Shown here: in pieces, positions 46,419 through 64,000 of the stretch
Position numbering within the stretch: the first letter of the stretch is position 1
How the letters are laid out: the number at the start of each line of letters is the position of its first letter
Origin: Escherichia coli
Lineage (GTDB): Bacteria > Pseudomonadota > Gammaproteobacteria > Enterobacterales > Enterobacteriaceae
Assembly (NCBI RefSeq): GCF_003991155.1
Contig: NZ_CP031293.1
DNA: 64,000 nt
Direction: 5' to 3' (one strand)
Made by a program: the position numbers and the translations under genes
The notes under the pieces: model-generated
What the model was told of the DNA's origin: nothing
Database searches by the model: none
The model's input: only the letters and a program-made list of their open reading frames with translations

Positions 46419-47243
46419 ATGGTCGCACCCATTCCCGCGAAACGCGGCAGAAAACCCGCCGTTGCCACCGCACCAGCGACTGGGCAGGTTCAGTCTTTAA
46501 CGCGTGGCCTGAAATTACTGGAGTGGATTGCCGAATCCAATGGCAGTGTGGCACTCACGGAGCTGGCGCAACAAGCTGGGTTACCCAATTCCACGACCCA
46601 CCGCCTGCTAACCACGATGCAACAGCAGGGTTTCGTGCGTCAGGTTGGCGAACTGGGACACTGGGCAATCGGCGCACATGCCTTTATGGTCGGCAGCAGC
46701 TTTCTCCAGAGCCGTAATTTGTTAGCAATTGTTCACCCTATCCTGCGCAATCTAATGGAAGAGTCTGGCGAAACGGTCAATATGGCGGTGCTTGATCAAA
46801 GCGATCATGAAGCGATTATTATCGACCAGGTACAGTGTACCCACCTGATGCGAATGTCCGCGCCTATCGGCGGTAAATTACCTATGCACGCTTCCGGTGC
46901 GGGTAAAGCCTTTTTAGCCCAACTGAGCGAAGAACAGGTGACGAAGCTGCTGCACCGCAAAGGGTTACATGCCTATACCCACGCAACGCTGGTGTCTCCT
47001 GTGCATTTAAAAGAAGATCTCGCCCAAACGCGCAAACGGGGTTATTCATTTGACGATGAGGAACATGCGCTGGGGCTACGTTGCCTTGCAGCGTGTATTT
47101 TCGATGAGCACCGTGAACCGTTTGCCGCAATTTCTATTTCCGGACCGATTTCACGTATTACCGATGACCGCGTGACCGAGTTTGGCGCGATGGTGATTAA
47201 AGCGGCGAAGGAAGTGACGCTGGCGTACGGTGGAATGCGCTGA
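46419..47243 (+). CDS. iclR: Glyoxylate shunt repressor IclR
   Basis: Translation from MVAPIPAKRGRKPAVATAPATGQVQSLTRGLKLLEWIAES (274 aa). Confidence 0.95.
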   Translation: MVAPIPAKRGRKPAVATAPATGQVQSLTRGLKLLEWIAESNGSVALTELAQQAGLPNSTTHRLLTTMQQQGFVRQVGELGHWAIGAHAFMVGSSFLQSRNLLAIVHPILRNLMEESGETVNMAVLDQSDHEAIIIDQVQCTHLMRMSAPIGGKLPMHASGAGKAFLAQLSEEQVTKLLHRKGLHAYTHATLVSPVHLKEDLAQTRKRGYSFDDEEHALGLRCLAACIFDEHREPFAAISISGPISRITDDRVTEFGAMVIKAAKEVTLAYGGMR

Positions 47244-47259
47244 CTTTTTCGCCTCTGAT

Positions 47260-48984
<1,725 letters not shown>

Positions 48985-48989
48985 TTAGC

Positions 48990-49165
48990 GCCCTCATCAG
49001 GAGCAGAGAATTGCCGGATGCGGCGTAAACGCCTTATCCAGCCTACGTTCGGCAACGGTTGTAGGCATGATAAGACGCGCAAGCGTCGCATCAGGCATCG
49101 TGCACCGATTGCCGGATGCGGCGTAAATGCCTTATCCGGCCTACAGTCAGCAACGTTTGTAGGTT
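48990..49165. repeat. REP/BIME cluster between aceK and aceA
   Basis: Two copies of TTGCCGGATGCGGCGTAAA(C/T)GCCTTATCC(A/G)GCCTAC-like units. Confidence 0.75.
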
Positions 49166-49167
49166 GC

Positions 49168-50472
49168 TTAGAACTGCGATTCTTCAGTGGAGCCAGTCAG
49201 TGCGGTAACCGACGACGTGCCGCCCTGAATAATGGTCGTCACTTTATCGAAGTAACCTGTACCCACTTCCTGCTGGTGAGATACGAAGGTATAGCCATCT
49301 TTCGCGGCGGCAAATTCCGGCTGCTGCACTTTCTCAACATAGTGCTTCATACCCTCGCCCTGGGCATAGGCGTTTGCCAGGTCAAACATGTTGAACCACA
49401 TGCTGTGGATACCTGCCAGGGTGATGAACTGGAACTTGTAGCCCATATCCGACAGCTGCTGCTGGAAGCTGGCAATAGTTTTGTCGTCGAGGTTTTTCTG
49501 CCAGTTGAACGACGGCGAGCAGTTATAAGCCAGCAGTTTGCCCGGATATTTCGCGTGGATGGCTTGTGCAAAGCGACGTGCCAGTTCCAGATCCGGCGTG
49601 GAGGTTTCACACCATACCAGGTCAGCATATGGCGCATACGCCAGGCCACGGCTGATTGCTTGTTCAATACCTGCATGAGTACGGAAGAAGCCTTCGCTGG
49701 TACGCTCGCCGGTAATAAATTCGCTGTCATATGGGTCGCAATCGGAGGTAATCAGATCCGCCGCATCGGCATCGGTACGAGCAACCAGCAGGGTTGGAAC
49801 GCCCGTCACGTCAGCTGCCAGACGCGCCGCGACCAGTTTCTGAATAGCTTCCTGAGTTGGCACTAAAACTTTGCCGCCCATGTGACCGCATTTCTTCACT
49901 GATGCCAGCTGATCTTCGAAGTGAACTGCCGCTGCACCGGCTTCAATCATCGCTTTCATCAGTTCAAAGGCATTCAGGACACCGCCAAAACCGGCTTCCG
50001 CATCGGCAACGATCGGCAGGAAGTAATCGACATAGCGCGGATCGCCCGGCTCAATGCCTGCGGACCATTGGATCTGATCCGCACGGCGGAAGGTGTTGTT
50101 GATCCGCTCCACCACAGCTGGCACCGAGTTTGCCGGATAGAGCGACTGATCCGGATACATGCTGGCCGCCAGGTTAGCGTCCGCCGCTACCTGCCATCCC
50201 GACAGATAGACTGCTTCAATACCCGCTTTCGCCTGTTGCAGCGCCTGACCGCCAGTCAGTGCACCGAGGCTGTTGATGTAGCCTTTTTTCGACTCGCCGT
50301 GCAGCAGACGCCACATTTTCGCCGCACCCAGTTGCGCCAGCGTGCATTCAGGATTGACTGAACCGCGTAATTTCACCACATCTTCCGCGTTGTACGGGCG
50401 AGTAATGCCTTCCCAACGCGGTTGAGTCCACTCTTTCTGTAATTCTTCAATTTGTTGTGTACGGGTTTTCAT
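49168..50472 (-). CDS. aceA: Isocitrate lyase
   Basis: Translation from [27 protein letters not shown] (434 aa). Confidence 0.97.
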   Translation of the reverse strand: MKTRTQQIEELQKEWTQPRWEGITRPYNAEDVVKLRGSVNPECTLAQLGAAKMWRLLHGESKKGYINSLGALTGGQALQQAKAGIEAVYLSGWQVAADANLAASMYPDQSLYPANSVPAVVERINNTFRRADQIQWSAGIEPGDPRYVDYFLPIVADAEAGFGGVLNAFELMKAMIEAGAAAVHFEDQLASVKKCGHMGGKVLVPTQEAIQKLVAARLAADVTGVPTLLVARTDADAADLITSDCDPYDSEFITGERTSEGFFRTHAGIEQAISRGLAYAPYADLVWCETSTPDLELARRFAQAIHAKYPGKLLAYNCSPSFNWQKNLDDKTIASFQQQLSDMGYKFQFITLAGIHSMWFNMFDLANAYAQGEGMKHYVEKVQQPEFAAAKDGYTFVSHQQEVGTGYFDKVTTIIQGGTSSVTALTGSTEESQF

Positions 50473-50501
50473 GTGCAGATGCTCCATAGTTATGTGGTGG
50501 T

Positions 50502-52103
50502 TTACGCTAACAGGCGGTAGCCTGGCAGGGTCAGGAAATCAATTAACTCATCGGAAGTGGTGATCTGTTCCATCAAACGTGCGGCATCGTCAAAACGCCC
50601 CTGGGAGAAACGTTCTTCGCCCAGTTCGCTGGCAATGACTTTCATCTCTTCGCCCAGCATCTGGCGGAACAAGGCTTTGGTCACCGGTTTGCCATTGCTC
50701 AACGTTTTTTGATGATGGATCCACTGCCAGATTGAGGTACGGGAAATTTCAGCCGTCGCCGCATCTTCCATCAGGCCATAAATCGGCACACAGCCGTTGC
50801 CAGAGATCCACGCTTCGATGTACTGCACAGCCACGCGAATGTTGGCGCGCATACCTTCTTCGGTGCGTTCACCATCACAAGGTGCCAGCAGCTGATCGGC
50901 AGTAATCGGCGCGTCTTGTTCGCGCATCACTTCAAGCTGATTTTTACGGGAGCCGAGAATGTCGTTGAATACCGCCATTGCCGTATCCGCAAGGCCTGGG
51001 TGGGCAATCCATGTGCCATCGTGACCGTTATTAGCTTCCAGCGATTTATCCGCTTTTACTTTGTTGAGCACCTGGTTATTGCGCTCTTCATCTTTGCTCG
51101 GAATAAATGCCGCCATACCGCCCATCGCAAAAGCACCGCGTTTATGGCAGGTTTTAATCAACAGGCGTGAGTAAGCATTCAGGAAGGGTTTATCCATCTT
51201 CACTGCCTGTCTATCTGGCAGGACGCGATCGGGATAGTTTTTCAACGTTTTGATATAACTGAAGATGTAATCCCAACGACCGCAGTTCAGACCAACAATA
51301 TGGTCACGCAGCGCGTGAAGGATTTCGTCCATCTGGAACACGGCGGGCAGCGTTTCAATCAGCAACGTCGCCTTGATGGTGCCGCGCGGCAGATTAAAGC
51401 GATCTTCTGCATAGCTGAAGACTTCGCTCCACCAGGCCGCTTCCTGCCAGGACTGGGTTTTCGGCAGATAGAAATAGGGACCGCTGCCCTTTGCCAACAG
51501 TGCCTGATAGTTGTGGAAGAAATAGAGCGCAAAATCAAACAGGCTACCGGGGATTGCCTCACCACGCCAGGTGACATGTTTTTCCGGCAAGTGCAGACCA
51601 CGTACCCGACAAATCAACACCGCTGGATTGGGCTTGAGCTGATAAATTTTGCCTGCTTCATTGGTATAGCTGATGGTGCCGTTAACCGCATCGCGCAGGT
51701 TAATTTGCCCGTCGATCACTTTGTTCCAGTCCGGGGCCAGTGAATCTTCGAAATCGGCCATAAAGACTTTCACATTGGCGTTGAGCGCGTTGATCACCAT
51801 CTTGCGCTCAACCGGGCCAGTTATCTCGACTCGACGATCTTGTAAGTCCGCGGGAATACCACGAATTTTCCAGTCAGCATCACGAATGGAAGCTGTTTCC
51901 GAAATAAAATCAGGCAACGTTCCGTTATCGATATCCTGCTGCTGCTGAATGCGCGCTGCCAGAAGTTTATTGCGTTGTGGCGTAAAATGCGTCACCAGCT
52001 CAGTCAGAAATTCTACCGCTTCGGCAGTAAGAATTTGCTTCTCCTGCTCGCCATACGGCCTTATGAAAGCCAGTTCATCGGTTGTTGTTGCCTGTTCAGT
52101 CAT
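50502..52103 (-). CDS. aceB: Malate synthase A
   Basis: Translation from [13 protein letters not shown]... (533 aa). Confidence 0.97.
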   Translation of the reverse strand: MTEQATTTDELAFIRPYGEQEKQILTAEAVEFLTELVTHFTPQRNKLLAARIQQQQDIDNGTLPDFISETASIRDADWKIRGIPADLQDRRVEITGPVERKMVINALNANVKVFMADFEDSLAPDWNKVIDGQINLRDAVNGTISYTNEAGKIYQLKPNPAVLICRVRGLHLPEKHVTWRGEAIPGSLFDFALYFFHNYQALLAKGSGPYFYLPKTQSWQEAAWWSEVFSYAEDRFNLPRGTIKATLLIETLPAVFQMDEILHALRDHIVGLNCGRWDYIFSYIKTLKNYPDRVLPDRQAVKMDKPFLNAYSRLLIKTCHKRGAFAMGGMAAFIPSKDEERNNQVLNKVKADKSLEANNGHDGTWIAHPGLADTAMAVFNDILGSRKNQLEVMREQDAPITADQLLAPCDGERTEEGMRANIRVAVQYIEAWISGNGCVPIYGLMEDAATAEISRTSIWQWIHHQKTLSNGKPVTKALFRQMLGEEMKVIASELGEERFSQGRFDDAARLMEQITTSDELIDFLTLPGYRLLA

Positions 52104-52199
52104 CGTGCAGCTCCTCGTCATGGATCCGAAAACTTCCCCACTGTGAACGAAGGATCGTTGTGCGCTTTTCGTTCAGCACAACTAAGACTACTCATTTAA

Positions 52200-52235
52200 A
52201 ATGCAAAATCAAAAACAATTTCCATTTTAATTAAA
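52200..52235 (-). promoter_or_regulatory. aceBAK promoter region with IclR-operator-like TGGAAAT half-site
   Basis: AAAATGGAAATTGTTTTTGATTTTGCATTT on the minus strand upstream of aceB; recalled as the IclR-bound region; not scored. Confidence 0.45.
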
Positions 52236-52301
52236 AATACTTGATAACTTATTGATAACAATATGAATAAATTTTATTCACCTACTGAGGTGCGTTTCGG
52301 A

Positions 52302-52328
52302 AATAAAAAAGGCACCCGAAGGTGCCTG
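52302..52328 (-). terminator. Rho-independent terminator downstream of metA
   Basis: On minus strand GGCACCttcGGGTGCC followed by TTTTTTATTT. Confidence 0.6.
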
Positions 52329-52371
52329 AGGTAAGGTGCTGAATCGCTTAACGATCGACTATCACAGAAGA

Positions 52372-53301
52372 TTAATCCAGCGTTGGATTCATGTGCCGTA
52401 GATCGTATGGCGTGATCTGGTAGACGTAATAGTTGAGCCAGTTGGTAAACAGCAAATTACCGTGACTACGCCAGCTCGCTCGCGGTTTGTTTTGCGGATC
52501 ATTGTGCGGGAAATAGTTATACGGTACTTCCGGGTCTAGTCCGGCTTCCACATCGCGGAAATATTCCTGCGCCAGCGTTTGCGCATCATATTCGGGATGG
52601 CCCGTCACAAAGGCAATGCGCTTATCTTTGCTGGCAAACAGATATGCATCCCCTTCTTCCGTCTCTGCCAGAATTTCCAGATCGGTGTAATCACGAATCA
52701 ACGCTGCCGGAAAGTCAGCATAGCGCGAATGCGGTGCCAGGAATGAATCATCAAAGCCACGCGTCAGAAGCGCATGAGGATGGAGAATATGATGCTCGTA
52801 AACGCCAGAGAGTTTGTCGGTGCGAGTTTGCTTAGGAATGCCGTAGAGGATATTTAGCGCGGCCTGTACCGCCCAGCAGACAAACAGCGTCGAGGTGACG
52901 TGATCTTTCGACCACTCCAGCACCTGTTTGATCTGCGGCCAGTAAGCGACATCATTAAACTCCACCAGGCCCAGCGGCGCGCCGGTAACTATCAGACCGT
53001 CAAAGTTTTGTTCCTGAATATCTTCAAAGTTACAGTAGAAGTTATTCAGATGCTCTGCGGGCGTGTTGCGCGATTCACGGGAATCAATGCGCAACAGCTG
53101 AATATCGACCTGCAAAGGTGAGTTTGAAAGCAGGCGCAGAAACTGATTTTCAGTTTCGATCTTCTTCGGCATCAGGTTAAGGATAAGTACCTTTAGCGGA
53201 CGAATTTCCTGACCAGACGCACGAGAAGTTGTCATCACAAAGACGTTTTCTTCACGCAAGAAATTGACGGCGGGTAGCTCGTCCGGCACACGAATCGGCA
53301 T
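52372..53301 (-). CDS. metA: Homoserine O-succinyltransferase
   Basis: 309-aa [48 protein letters not shown]... Confidence 0.97.
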   Translation of the reverse strand: MPIRVPDELPAVNFLREENVFVMTTSRASGQEIRPLKVLILNLMPKKIETENQFLRLLSNSPLQVDIQLLRIDSRESRNTPAEHLNNFYCNFEDIQEQNFDGLIVTGAPLGLVEFNDVAYWPQIKQVLEWSKDHVTSTLFVCWAVQAALNILYGIPKQTRTDKLSGVYEHHILHPHALLTRGFDDSFLAPHSRYADFPAALIRDYTDLEILAETEEGDAYLFASKDKRIAFVTGHPEYDAQTLAQEYFRDVEAGLDPEVPYNYFPHNDPQNKPRASWRSHGNLLFTNWLNYYVYQITPYDLRHMNPTLD

Positions 53302-53457
53302 AACCTGATTACCTCACTACATACGCTTATACGTTTAGACATCCAGATAGCTGAAGATAACCAGAAAATTTGCCAATGTCGAGTCTGCATGTTGAAGGTG
53401 AGAAAGTTTCAAGGAAAAGGCTACGTTAGAATATAAGAATGACGAAAAGGAGAGAAA

Positions 53458-53901
53458 ATGGTTATTAGTATTCGCCGCTCACGGCATGAGGAAGGGGAGG
53501 AACTCGTTGCGATTTGGTGTCGTTCTGTCGATGCCACTCACGATTTTTTATCAGCAGAGTATCGGGCCGAGCTGGAGGAGCTAGTTCGTTCCTTCTTGCC
53601 GGAAGCGCCGTTGTGGGTCGCGGTTAATGAGCGGGATCGGCTGGTTGGGTTTATGTTGTTAAGTGGGCAGCATATGGATGCGCTTTTTGTCGATCCTGAT
53701 GCGCGCGGTTGTGGCGTGGGCCGGATGCTGGTGGAACATGCGCTCTCGATGGCACCGGAACTGACAACCAATGTTAATGAGCAAAATAAGCAGGCTGTTG
53801 GGTTCTATAAGAAGATGGGTTTTAAGGTTACGGGACGCTCTGAGGTGGACGATTTGGGGAAACCGTATCCATTGCTGAATCTGGCATATGTGGGGGAATA
53901 A
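53458..53901 (+). CDS. yjaB: GNAT-family N-acetyltransferase YjaB
   Basis: 147-aa ORF with GNAT motif (RGCGVGRMLVEHAL...GFYKKMGF). Confidence 0.9.
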   Translation: MVISIRRSRHEEGEELVAIWCRSVDATHDFLSAEYRAELEELVRSFLPEAPLWVAVNERDRLVGFMLLSGQHMDALFVDPDARGCGVGRMLVEHALSMAPELTTNVNEQNKQAVGFYKKMGFKVTGRSEVDDLGKPYPLLNLAYVGE

Positions 53902-53981
53902 GCTGCCCCCTATCGTGCTATCGTGCCTGCGTAAGCTGGAGCAGACGCGCCAGCGTCGCAGCCGGCCGTTTTCTGCACCAG

Positions 53982-54012
53982 CGCAAAAAGGCCATCCTGA
54001 CGGATGGCCTTC
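53982..54012 (-). terminator. rrnE operon terminator hairpin
   Basis: On minus strand AGGCCATCCGTCAGGATGGCC followed by TTTTTGCGC, immediately 3' of 5S rRNA. Confidence 0.6.
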
Positions 54013-54023
54013 TGCTAAATTTG

Positions 54024-54143
54024 ATGCCTGGCAGTTCCCTACTCTCGCATGGGGAGACCCCACACTACCATCGGCGCTACGGCGTTTCACTTCTGAGTTC
54101 GGCATGGGGTCAGGTGGGACCACCGCGCTAAGGCCGCCAGGCA
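54024..54143 (-). rRNA. rrfE: 5S ribosomal RNA
   Basis: Reverse complement matches E. coli 5S rRNA (TGCCTGGCGGC...AACTGCCAGGCAT), 120 nt. Confidence 0.97.
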
Positions 54144-54235
54144 AATTCTGTTTATCAGACCGCTTCTGCGTTCTGATTTAATCTGTATCAGGCTGAAAAT
54201 CTTCTCTCAATCCGCCAAAACACCTTCGGCGTTGT

Positions 54236-57141
<2,906 letters not shown>

Positions 57142-57325
57142 TCACAACCCGAAGATGTTTCACTTCAGAGTTGCGAAAATTTGAGAGACTCACGAACAAC
57201 TTTCGTTGTTCAGTGTTTCAATTTTCAGCTTGATCCAGATTTTTAAAGAGCAAATATCTCAAACATCACCCGAAGATGAGTTTTGAGATATTAAGGCAGG
57301 TGACTTTCACTCACAAACCAGCAAG

Positions 57326-57401
57326 TGGCGTCCCCTAGGGGATTCGAACCCCTGTTACCGCCGTGAAAGGGCGGTGTCCTGGGCCTCTAGACGAAGGGGA
57401 C
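57326..57401 (-). tRNA. gltV: tRNA-Glu in the 16S-23S spacer
   Basis: Reverse complement GTCCCCTTCGTCTAGAGGCCCAGGACACCGCCCTTTCACGGCGGTAACAGGGGTTCGAATCCCCTAGGGGACGCCA (76 nt). Confidence 0.97.
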
Positions 57402-57486
57402 GTATCAGTCTGCTTCGCAAGACGCCTTGCTTTTCACTTTCTATCAGACAATCTGTGTGAGCACTGCAAAGTACGCTTCTTTAAGG

Positions 57487-59028
<1,542 letters not shown>

Positions 59029-59199
59029 AAAAGTTTGATGCTCAAAGAATTAAACTTCGTAATGAATTACGTGTTCACTCTTGAGACTTGGTATTCATTT
59101 TTCGTCTTGCGACGTTAAGAATCCGTATCTTCGAGTGCCCACACAGATTGTCTGATAAATTGTTAAAGAGCAGTTGCGACGCGGCTTTCAGCTCACTGT

Positions 59200-59420
59200 C
59201 GCGAGGTGGCGTATATTACGCTTTCCTCTTTCAGAGTCAACCCTGAATTTCAGGATTTTTCTCTTCAACCGAACCGGCTGTTTGTGTGAAGTGATTCACA
59301 TCCGCCGTGTCGATGGAGGCGCATTATAGGGAGTTCTCCGCAGGCCGCAATAGAAAAATTGCAGAAAAATGACTGACTGCTGCATTCCCCAGCAAAACCC
59401 CGCTTTATACCTTTTTACGC
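59200..59420 (-). promoter_or_regulatory. rrn operon tandem promoters P2 (TTGACT-16-TAATAT, 59213-59240) and P1 (TTGCGG-16-TATAAT, 59323-59350) with upstream AT-rich UP/FIS region
   Basis: Hexamers read on the minus strand; spacing 16 bp; GC-rich discriminator after the P1 -10. Confidence 0.7.
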
Positions 59421-59521
59421 ACAGAGTTATCCACAATCATCAATGTAATTTCTGTATTTTTCCCACGGTAAACACTGTCAAAATTGTGATCACCATTGAA
59501 AGAGAAAAATTCGCGAGCGTT

Positions 59522-59537
59522 GCGCAAACGTTTTCGT
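59522..59537. promoter_or_regulatory. PurR operator (PUR box) upstream of purHD
   Basis: GCGCAAACGTTTTCGT matches the PurR consensus aCGCAAACGTTTtCgT; about 110 bp upstream of the purH ATG. Confidence 0.7.
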
Positions 59538-59644
59538 TACAATGCGGGCGAAAAATAAGGATGCCCCGTTAGGGGCGTTAGCTGAGTTTTTCGCGAAAAA
59601 TTCAGCTAACGCTCTCTGTAATAGTCAAATCCAGGGGATTTACC

Positions 59645-61234
59645 ATGCAACAACGTCGTCCAGTCCGCCGCGCTCTGCTCAGTGTTTCTGACAAAGCCGG
59701 TATCGTCGAATTCGCCCAGGCACTTTCCGCACGCGGTGTGGAGCTGCTGTCTACAGGGGGCACAGCCCGTCTGTTAGCAGAAAAAGGTCTGCCGGTAACC
59801 GAAGTTTCCGATTACACCGGTTTCCCGGAGATGATGGATGGACGCGTGAAGACCCTGCATCCGAAAGTACATGGTGGCATTCTGGGCCGTCGCGGCCAGG
59901 ACGATGCCATTATGGAAGAACATCAGATCCAGCCTATCGATATGGTGGTTGTTAATCTGTATCCGTTCGCCCAGACCGTTGCTCGTGAAGGCTGCTCGCT
60001 GGAAGATGCGGTTGAGAACATCGATATCGGCGGCCCGACGATGGTGCGCTCTGCCGCCAAGAACCATAAAGATGTCGCCATCGTGGTGAAGAGCAGCGAC
60101 TACGACGCCATTATTAAAGAGATAGATGCCAATGAAGGCTCCCTGACTCTGGAAACTCGCTTTGACCTTGCCATCAAAGCCTTCGAACACACCGCCGCCT
60201 ACGACAGCATGATTGCCAACTACTTCGGCAGCATGGTTCCGGCTTACCACGGTGAAAGCAAAGAAGCCGCCGGTCGCTTCCCACGCACGCTGAACCTGAA
60301 CTTCATTAAGAGGCAGGATATGCGTTACGGCGAGAACAGCCACCAGCAGGCTGCCTTCTATATAGAAGAGAATGTCAAAGAAGCCTCCGTTGCTACCGCA
60401 ACCCAGGTTCAGGGTAAAGCCCTCTCTTATAACAACATCGCCGATACCGATGCGGCGCTGGAGTGCGTGAAAGAGTTCGCCGAGCCGGCATGTGTGATTG
60501 TGAAGCACGCCAACCCTTGCGGCGTGGCTATCGGCAATTCCATTCTTGATGCTTACGATCGCGCGTACAAAACCGACCCGACCTCCGCATTCGGCGGCAT
60601 TATCGCCTTTAACCGCGAGCTGGATGCGGAAACCGCGCAGGCCATCATTTCTCGTCAGTTTGTTGAAGTGATTATTGCGCCGTCCGCCAGCGAAGAAGCC
60701 CTGAAAATCACCGCCGCCAAACAGAACGTACGCGTCCTGACCTGCGGTCAGTGGGGCGAGCGTGTTCCGGGTCTTGATTTCAAACGCGTGAACGGCGGTC
60801 TGCTGGTTCAGGATCGCGATCTGGGAATGGTCGGTGCGGAAGAACTGCGCGTCGTCACCAAACGCCAGCCGAGCGAACAGGAACTGCGTGATGCGCTGTT
60901 CTGCTGGAAGGTGGCGAAGTTCGTGAAATCCAACGCCATCGTCTATGCCAAAAACAATATGACCATCGGCATTGGCGCGGGCCAGATGAGCCGCGTGTAC
61001 TCCGCGAAAATCGCCGGTATTAAAGCGGCCGATGAAGGTCTGGAAGTGAAAGGTTCCTCGATGGCTTCTGACGCGTTCTTCCCGTTCCGCGACGGTATTG
61101 ATGCCGCCGCCGCTGCGGGCGTGACCTGCGTAATCCAGCCTGGCGGTTCTATCCGTGATGACGAAGTGATTGCCGCCGCCGACGAGCACGGTATTGCAAT
61201 GCTCTTCACCGACATGCGCCACTTCCGCCATTAA
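59645..61234 (+). CDS. purH: Bifunctional AICAR transformylase / IMP cyclohydrolase
   Basis: 529-aa [44 protein letters not shown]... Confidence 0.97.
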   Translation: MQQRRPVRRALLSVSDKAGIVEFAQALSARGVELLSTGGTARLLAEKGLPVTEVSDYTGFPEMMDGRVKTLHPKVHGGILGRRGQDDAIMEEHQIQPIDMVVVNLYPFAQTVAREGCSLEDAVENIDIGGPTMVRSAAKNHKDVAIVVKSSDYDAIIKEIDANEGSLTLETRFDLAIKAFEHTAAYDSMIANYFGSMVPAYHGESKEAAGRFPRTLNLNFIKRQDMRYGENSHQQAAFYIEENVKEASVATATQVQGKALSYNNIADTDAALECVKEFAEPACVIVKHANPCGVAIGNSILDAYDRAYKTDPTSAFGGIIAFNRELDAETAQAIISRQFVEVIIAPSASEEALKITAAKQNVRVLTCGQWGERVPGLDFKRVNGGLLVQDRDLGMVGAEELRVVTKRQPSEQELRDALFCWKVAKFVKSNAIVYAKNNMTIGIGAGQMSRVYSAKIAGIKAADEGLEVKGSSMASDAFFPFRDGIDAAAAAGVTCVIQPGGSIRDDEVIAAADEHGIAMLFTDMRHFRH

Positions 61235-61245
61235 TGGAGCAATAG

Positions 61246-62535
61246 ATGAAAGTATTAGTGATCGGTAATGGCGGGCGCGAGCACGCGCTGGCCTGGAAAG
61301 CGGCGCAGTCGCCGCTGGTTGAAACTGTTTTTGTTGCTCCGGGTAACGCAGGCACTGCGCTGGAACCTGCACTGCAAAACGTCGATATCGGCGTAACCGA
61401 TATCCCGGCGCTGCTGGATTTCGCACAAAACGAAAAGGTAGATCTAACCATCGTCGGCCCGGAAGCGCCGCTGGTGAAAGGCGTGGTTGACACCTTCCGC
61501 GCCGCCGGGCTGAAAATCTTCGGCCCAACCGCAGGTGCGGCCCAACTGGAAGGCTCAAAAGCGTTTACCAAAGATTTCCTGGCCCGCCATAAGATCCCTA
61601 CGGCGGAATACCAGAACTTCACCGAGGTAGAACCTGCGCTGGCGTATCTGCGTGAGAAAGGCGCGCCAATCGTCATTAAAGCTGACGGTCTGGCTGCCGG
61701 GAAAGGCGTTATCGTGGCGATGACGCAGGAAGAAGCGGAAGCGGCTGTTCACGATATGCTGGCGGGCAACGCTTTTGGCGACGCGGGGCATCGCATCGTT
61801 ATCGAAGAGTTCCTCGACGGCGAAGAAGCGAGCTTTATCGTGATGGTGGACGGTGAGCATGTGCTGCCGATGGCCACCAGCCAGGATCACAAACGCGTAG
61901 GCGATAAAGATACCGGGCCGAACACCGGCGGGATGGGCGCTTACTCCCCTGCGCCAGTAGTGACCGATGAGGTTCATCAGCGCACGATGGAACGAATCAT
62001 CTGGCCAACCGTGAAAGGCATGGCGGCAGAAGGCAACACCTACACTGGTTTTCTCTACGCGGGCCTGATGATCGACAAACAGGGCAATCCGAAGGTTATT
62101 GAATTTAACTGCCGCTTTGGCGATCCAGAAACCCAACCGATTATGCTGCGCATGAAGTCCGATCTGGTTGAACTCTGCCTGGCAGCCTGTGAAGGCAAGC
62201 TGGACGAGAAAACGTCCGAGTGGGATGAACGCGCTTCTCTCGGCGTGGTGATGGCTGCGGGTGGATATCCGGGCGATTACCGCACCGGCGATGTGATCCA
62301 CGGCCTGCCGCTGGAAGAAGTGTCTGACGGCAAAGTGTTCCACGCGGGCACGAAACTGGCGGATGACGAGCAGGTAGTGACCAGCGGCGGGCGCGTACTG
62401 TGCGTCACCGCGCTGGGTCATACCGTGGCAGAAGCGCAGAAACGCGCTTATGCCTTAATGACCGATATCCATTGGGACGACTGCTTCTGCCGGAAAGATA
62501 TCGGCTGGCGCGCTATCGAACGCGAGCAGAACTAA
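61246..62535 (+). CDS. purD: Phosphoribosylamine-glycine ligase
   Basis: 429-aa ORF MKVLVIGNGGREHALAWKAAQSPLVETVFVAPGNAGTA... Confidence 0.97.
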   Translation: MKVLVIGNGGREHALAWKAAQSPLVETVFVAPGNAGTALEPALQNVDIGVTDIPALLDFAQNEKVDLTIVGPEAPLVKGVVDTFRAAGLKIFGPTAGAAQLEGSKAFTKDFLARHKIPTAEYQNFTEVEPALAYLREKGAPIVIKADGLAAGKGVIVAMTQEEAEAAVHDMLAGNAFGDAGHRIVIEEFLDGEEASFIVMVDGEHVLPMATSQDHKRVGDKDTGPNTGGMGAYSPAPVVTDEVHQRTMERIIWPTVKGMAAEGNTYTGFLYAGLMIDKQGNPKVIEFNCRFGDPETQPIMLRMKSDLVELCLAACEGKLDEKTSEWDERASLGVVMAAGGYPGDYRTGDVIHGLPLEEVSDGKVFHAGTKLADDEQVVTSGGRVLCVTALGHTVAEAQKRAYALMTDIHWDDCFCRKDIGWRAIEREQN

Positions 62536-63857
62536 CGCGACAGTTTTGCCAAGAGCGTTTTGCGCGTGATCCCTAACTGACGGGCGGCTTCGGTTTTGTT
62601 GCCGCCCGTTTTCTCCAGTGCCGCAAGAATCACCTCTTTTTCGACTTCCACCAGCGGCTGAATATCCTGACTTTGTACCAGCGGGATCGGCGTACTCGCA
62701 ATCGCCAGCGGCAGCTCGCGTTCGGAAATATATTCCCCGGTCAGCAGCACCACCGCCCGTTCCACCGCGTTTTCCAGTTCACGAATATTTCCCGGCCAGT
62801 CGTAGTGAATCAGCAGATCCATCGCCTGGGGCGTAAAACCTTTTACCGCCTTGCGATTACGCTCGGCAAAGCGCTGAAGAAAATGGTTTGCCAGCAGAGG
62901 AATATCTTCCCGCCGCTGACGCAGCGACGGAACTTCAATCGCCACCACGTTCAGGCGATAGTAGAGATCCTGGCGAAAACGCCCGGCATTCACCTCTGCG
63001 GCAAGATCGCGATGAGTCGCCGCAATCAGCCGGACATCAACCGAGATGGTCTGGTTGCTGCCGACACGCTGAACTTCGCGCTCCTGAATCGCACGCAGCA
63101 GACGAACCTGCATCATCGGCGAGATATCGCCAATTTCATCGAGAAACAGCGTGCCGCCGTCCGCCTCAACAAAGCGCCCTTCCCGCCGTTTGTCGGCTCC
63201 GGTAAACGCCCCTTTTTCGTGACCGAACAATTCAGATTCCAGCAAGGATTCGTTGAGTGCCGCACAGTTGAGCGTTACCAGTGGTTTTTCACTCCGTGCG
63301 CTACTGGCGTGAATCGCCCTGGCGACCAGCTCTTTACCGGTGCCGGAATCGCCGTGGATCAGCACTGTGGCTTCCGATGGCGCGACGAGGGCGATTTCAC
63401 TGAGCAGGTGTTGCATCGCCGGGCTTTTACCGACCATACCGAACTGGCTGGCAGACACCGCAGGCGTTTCAGCGTCAATACTGTGCGTATGCGCGAGCGC
63501 CTTTTCCAGCGTCGCCTGCAGGTTATCGAAATCCAGCGGCTTGATGAGATAATCCAGCGCCCCGGTTTTCAACGCCTCTACCGCCGTCTCGACGCTGGAG
63601 TACGCGGTCATAATCAGTACCGGAATTGCCGGATTTAACGCTTTGATCTCTTTGAGCGTGGCGATGCCGTCCATCTCTGCCATTCGCACATCGCAAAGCA
63701 CAAGATCAAAAACCTGTTCCCGCACCTGCTCCAGCGCCTGTCGCCCGCTGTTCGCCAGCGCGACGTTATAGCCCCAGCCGCGCAGCAAAGCCTGCAAAAT
63801 AGTGCAGTGGCTAATGTCATCATCCACCACCAGAATATCGATATTATCGTGCGTCAT
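62532..63857 (-). CDS. zraR: Sigma-54-dependent two-component response regulator ZraR (HydG)
   Basis: 441-aa ORF with receiver domain (DILVVDDD...), AAA+ sigma-54 activator core ([14 protein letters not shown]) and C-terminal HTH. Confidence 0.93.
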   Translation of the reverse strand: MTHDNIDILVVDDDISHCTILQALLRGWGYNVALANSGRQALEQVREQVFDLVLCDVRMAEMDGIATLKEIKALNPAIPVLIMTAYSSVETAVEALKTGALDYLIKPLDFDNLQATLEKALAHTHSIDAETPAVSASQFGMVGKSPAMQHLLSEIALVAPSEATVLIHGDSGTGKELVARAIHASSARSEKPLVTLNCAALNESLLESELFGHEKGAFTGADKRREGRFVEADGGTLFLDEIGDISPMMQVRLLRAIQEREVQRVGSNQTISVDVRLIAATHRDLAAEVNAGRFRQDLYYRLNVVAIEVPSLRQRREDIPLLANHFLQRFAERNRKAVKGFTPQAMDLLIHYDWPGNIRELENAVERAVVLLTGEYISERELPLAIASTPIPLVQSQDIQPLVEVEKEVILAALEKTGGNKTEAARQLGITRKTLLAKLSR

Positions 63858-64000
63858 CCTTGTGGGTCCTTACGCGTAATATTGACCGGAAGCCAGAGGG
63901 TGAACGTTGCGCCTTTTCCCTCCTGGCTTGCGACCTGAATTGTACCACCGTGTTGTTCAACAATATTATGCACGACCGCCAGCCCCAGTCCGGTGCCTTC
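63854..64000 (-). CDS. zraS: Sensor histidine kinase ZraS (HydH), 3' end only (partial, runs off window)
   Basis: Open frame on minus strand ending in a TGA that overlaps the zraR ATG (ATGA); assignment from conserved zraSR synteny. Confidence 0.7.
   Translation of the reverse strand, partial: EGTGLGLAVVHNIVEQHGGTIQVASQEGKGATFTLWLPVNITRKDPQG

Noticed and set aside
59774-61558. 594-aa minus-strand ORF antisense to purH/purD
   Set aside because: Overlaps the well-supported purH and purD genes on the opposite strand; long antisense ORFs are common in GC-rich coding DNA.
62673-63638. 321-aa plus-strand ORF antisense to zraR
   Set aside because: Opposite strand of a clearly recognisable sigma-54 response regulator; no independent support.

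Overview
The window reads as an Escherichia coli chromosomal segment (the malEFG to zraRS region, about 90-91 min, in reverse-complement orientation relative to the usual K-12 map). Identification rests on protein translations I recognise (MalE/F/G, PsiE, YjbEFGH, Pgi, LysC, RluF, PepE, YjbB, MetH, IclR, AceK/A/B, MetA, YjaB, PurH/D, ZraR) and on a complete rrnE-type operon (16S, tRNA-Glu, 23S, 5S). No database search was run; all family calls are from reading the translations and DNA motifs. Three accessory insertions interrupt the core backbone. (1) An ~18 kb island between lysC and yjbD carries a Mor/C-family activator, a near-consensus LexA (SOS) box, a holin/endolysin/spanin-like lysis cassette and a complete Mu/P2-like contractile tail module, but no capsid, terminase, portal, replication or integrase genes. 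This is my main candidate for the undescribed system: an SOS-wired phage tail-like particle (tailocin) locus, or else a domesticated prophage remnant. At its right end sits a convergent two-gene operon (SPFH/band-7 protein plus Pol-beta-type nucleotidyltransferase) of unknown function. (2) An L-sorbose PTS operon (sorCDFBAME-like) plus a shikimate-dehydrogenase paralog lies between rluF and pepE. (3) A ~1 kb AT-rich islet with two small ORFs lies between yjbB and metH. From memory of the K-12 map, xylE (between malG and psiE) and arpA (between iclR and aceK) are absent here. No CRISPR array was seen.
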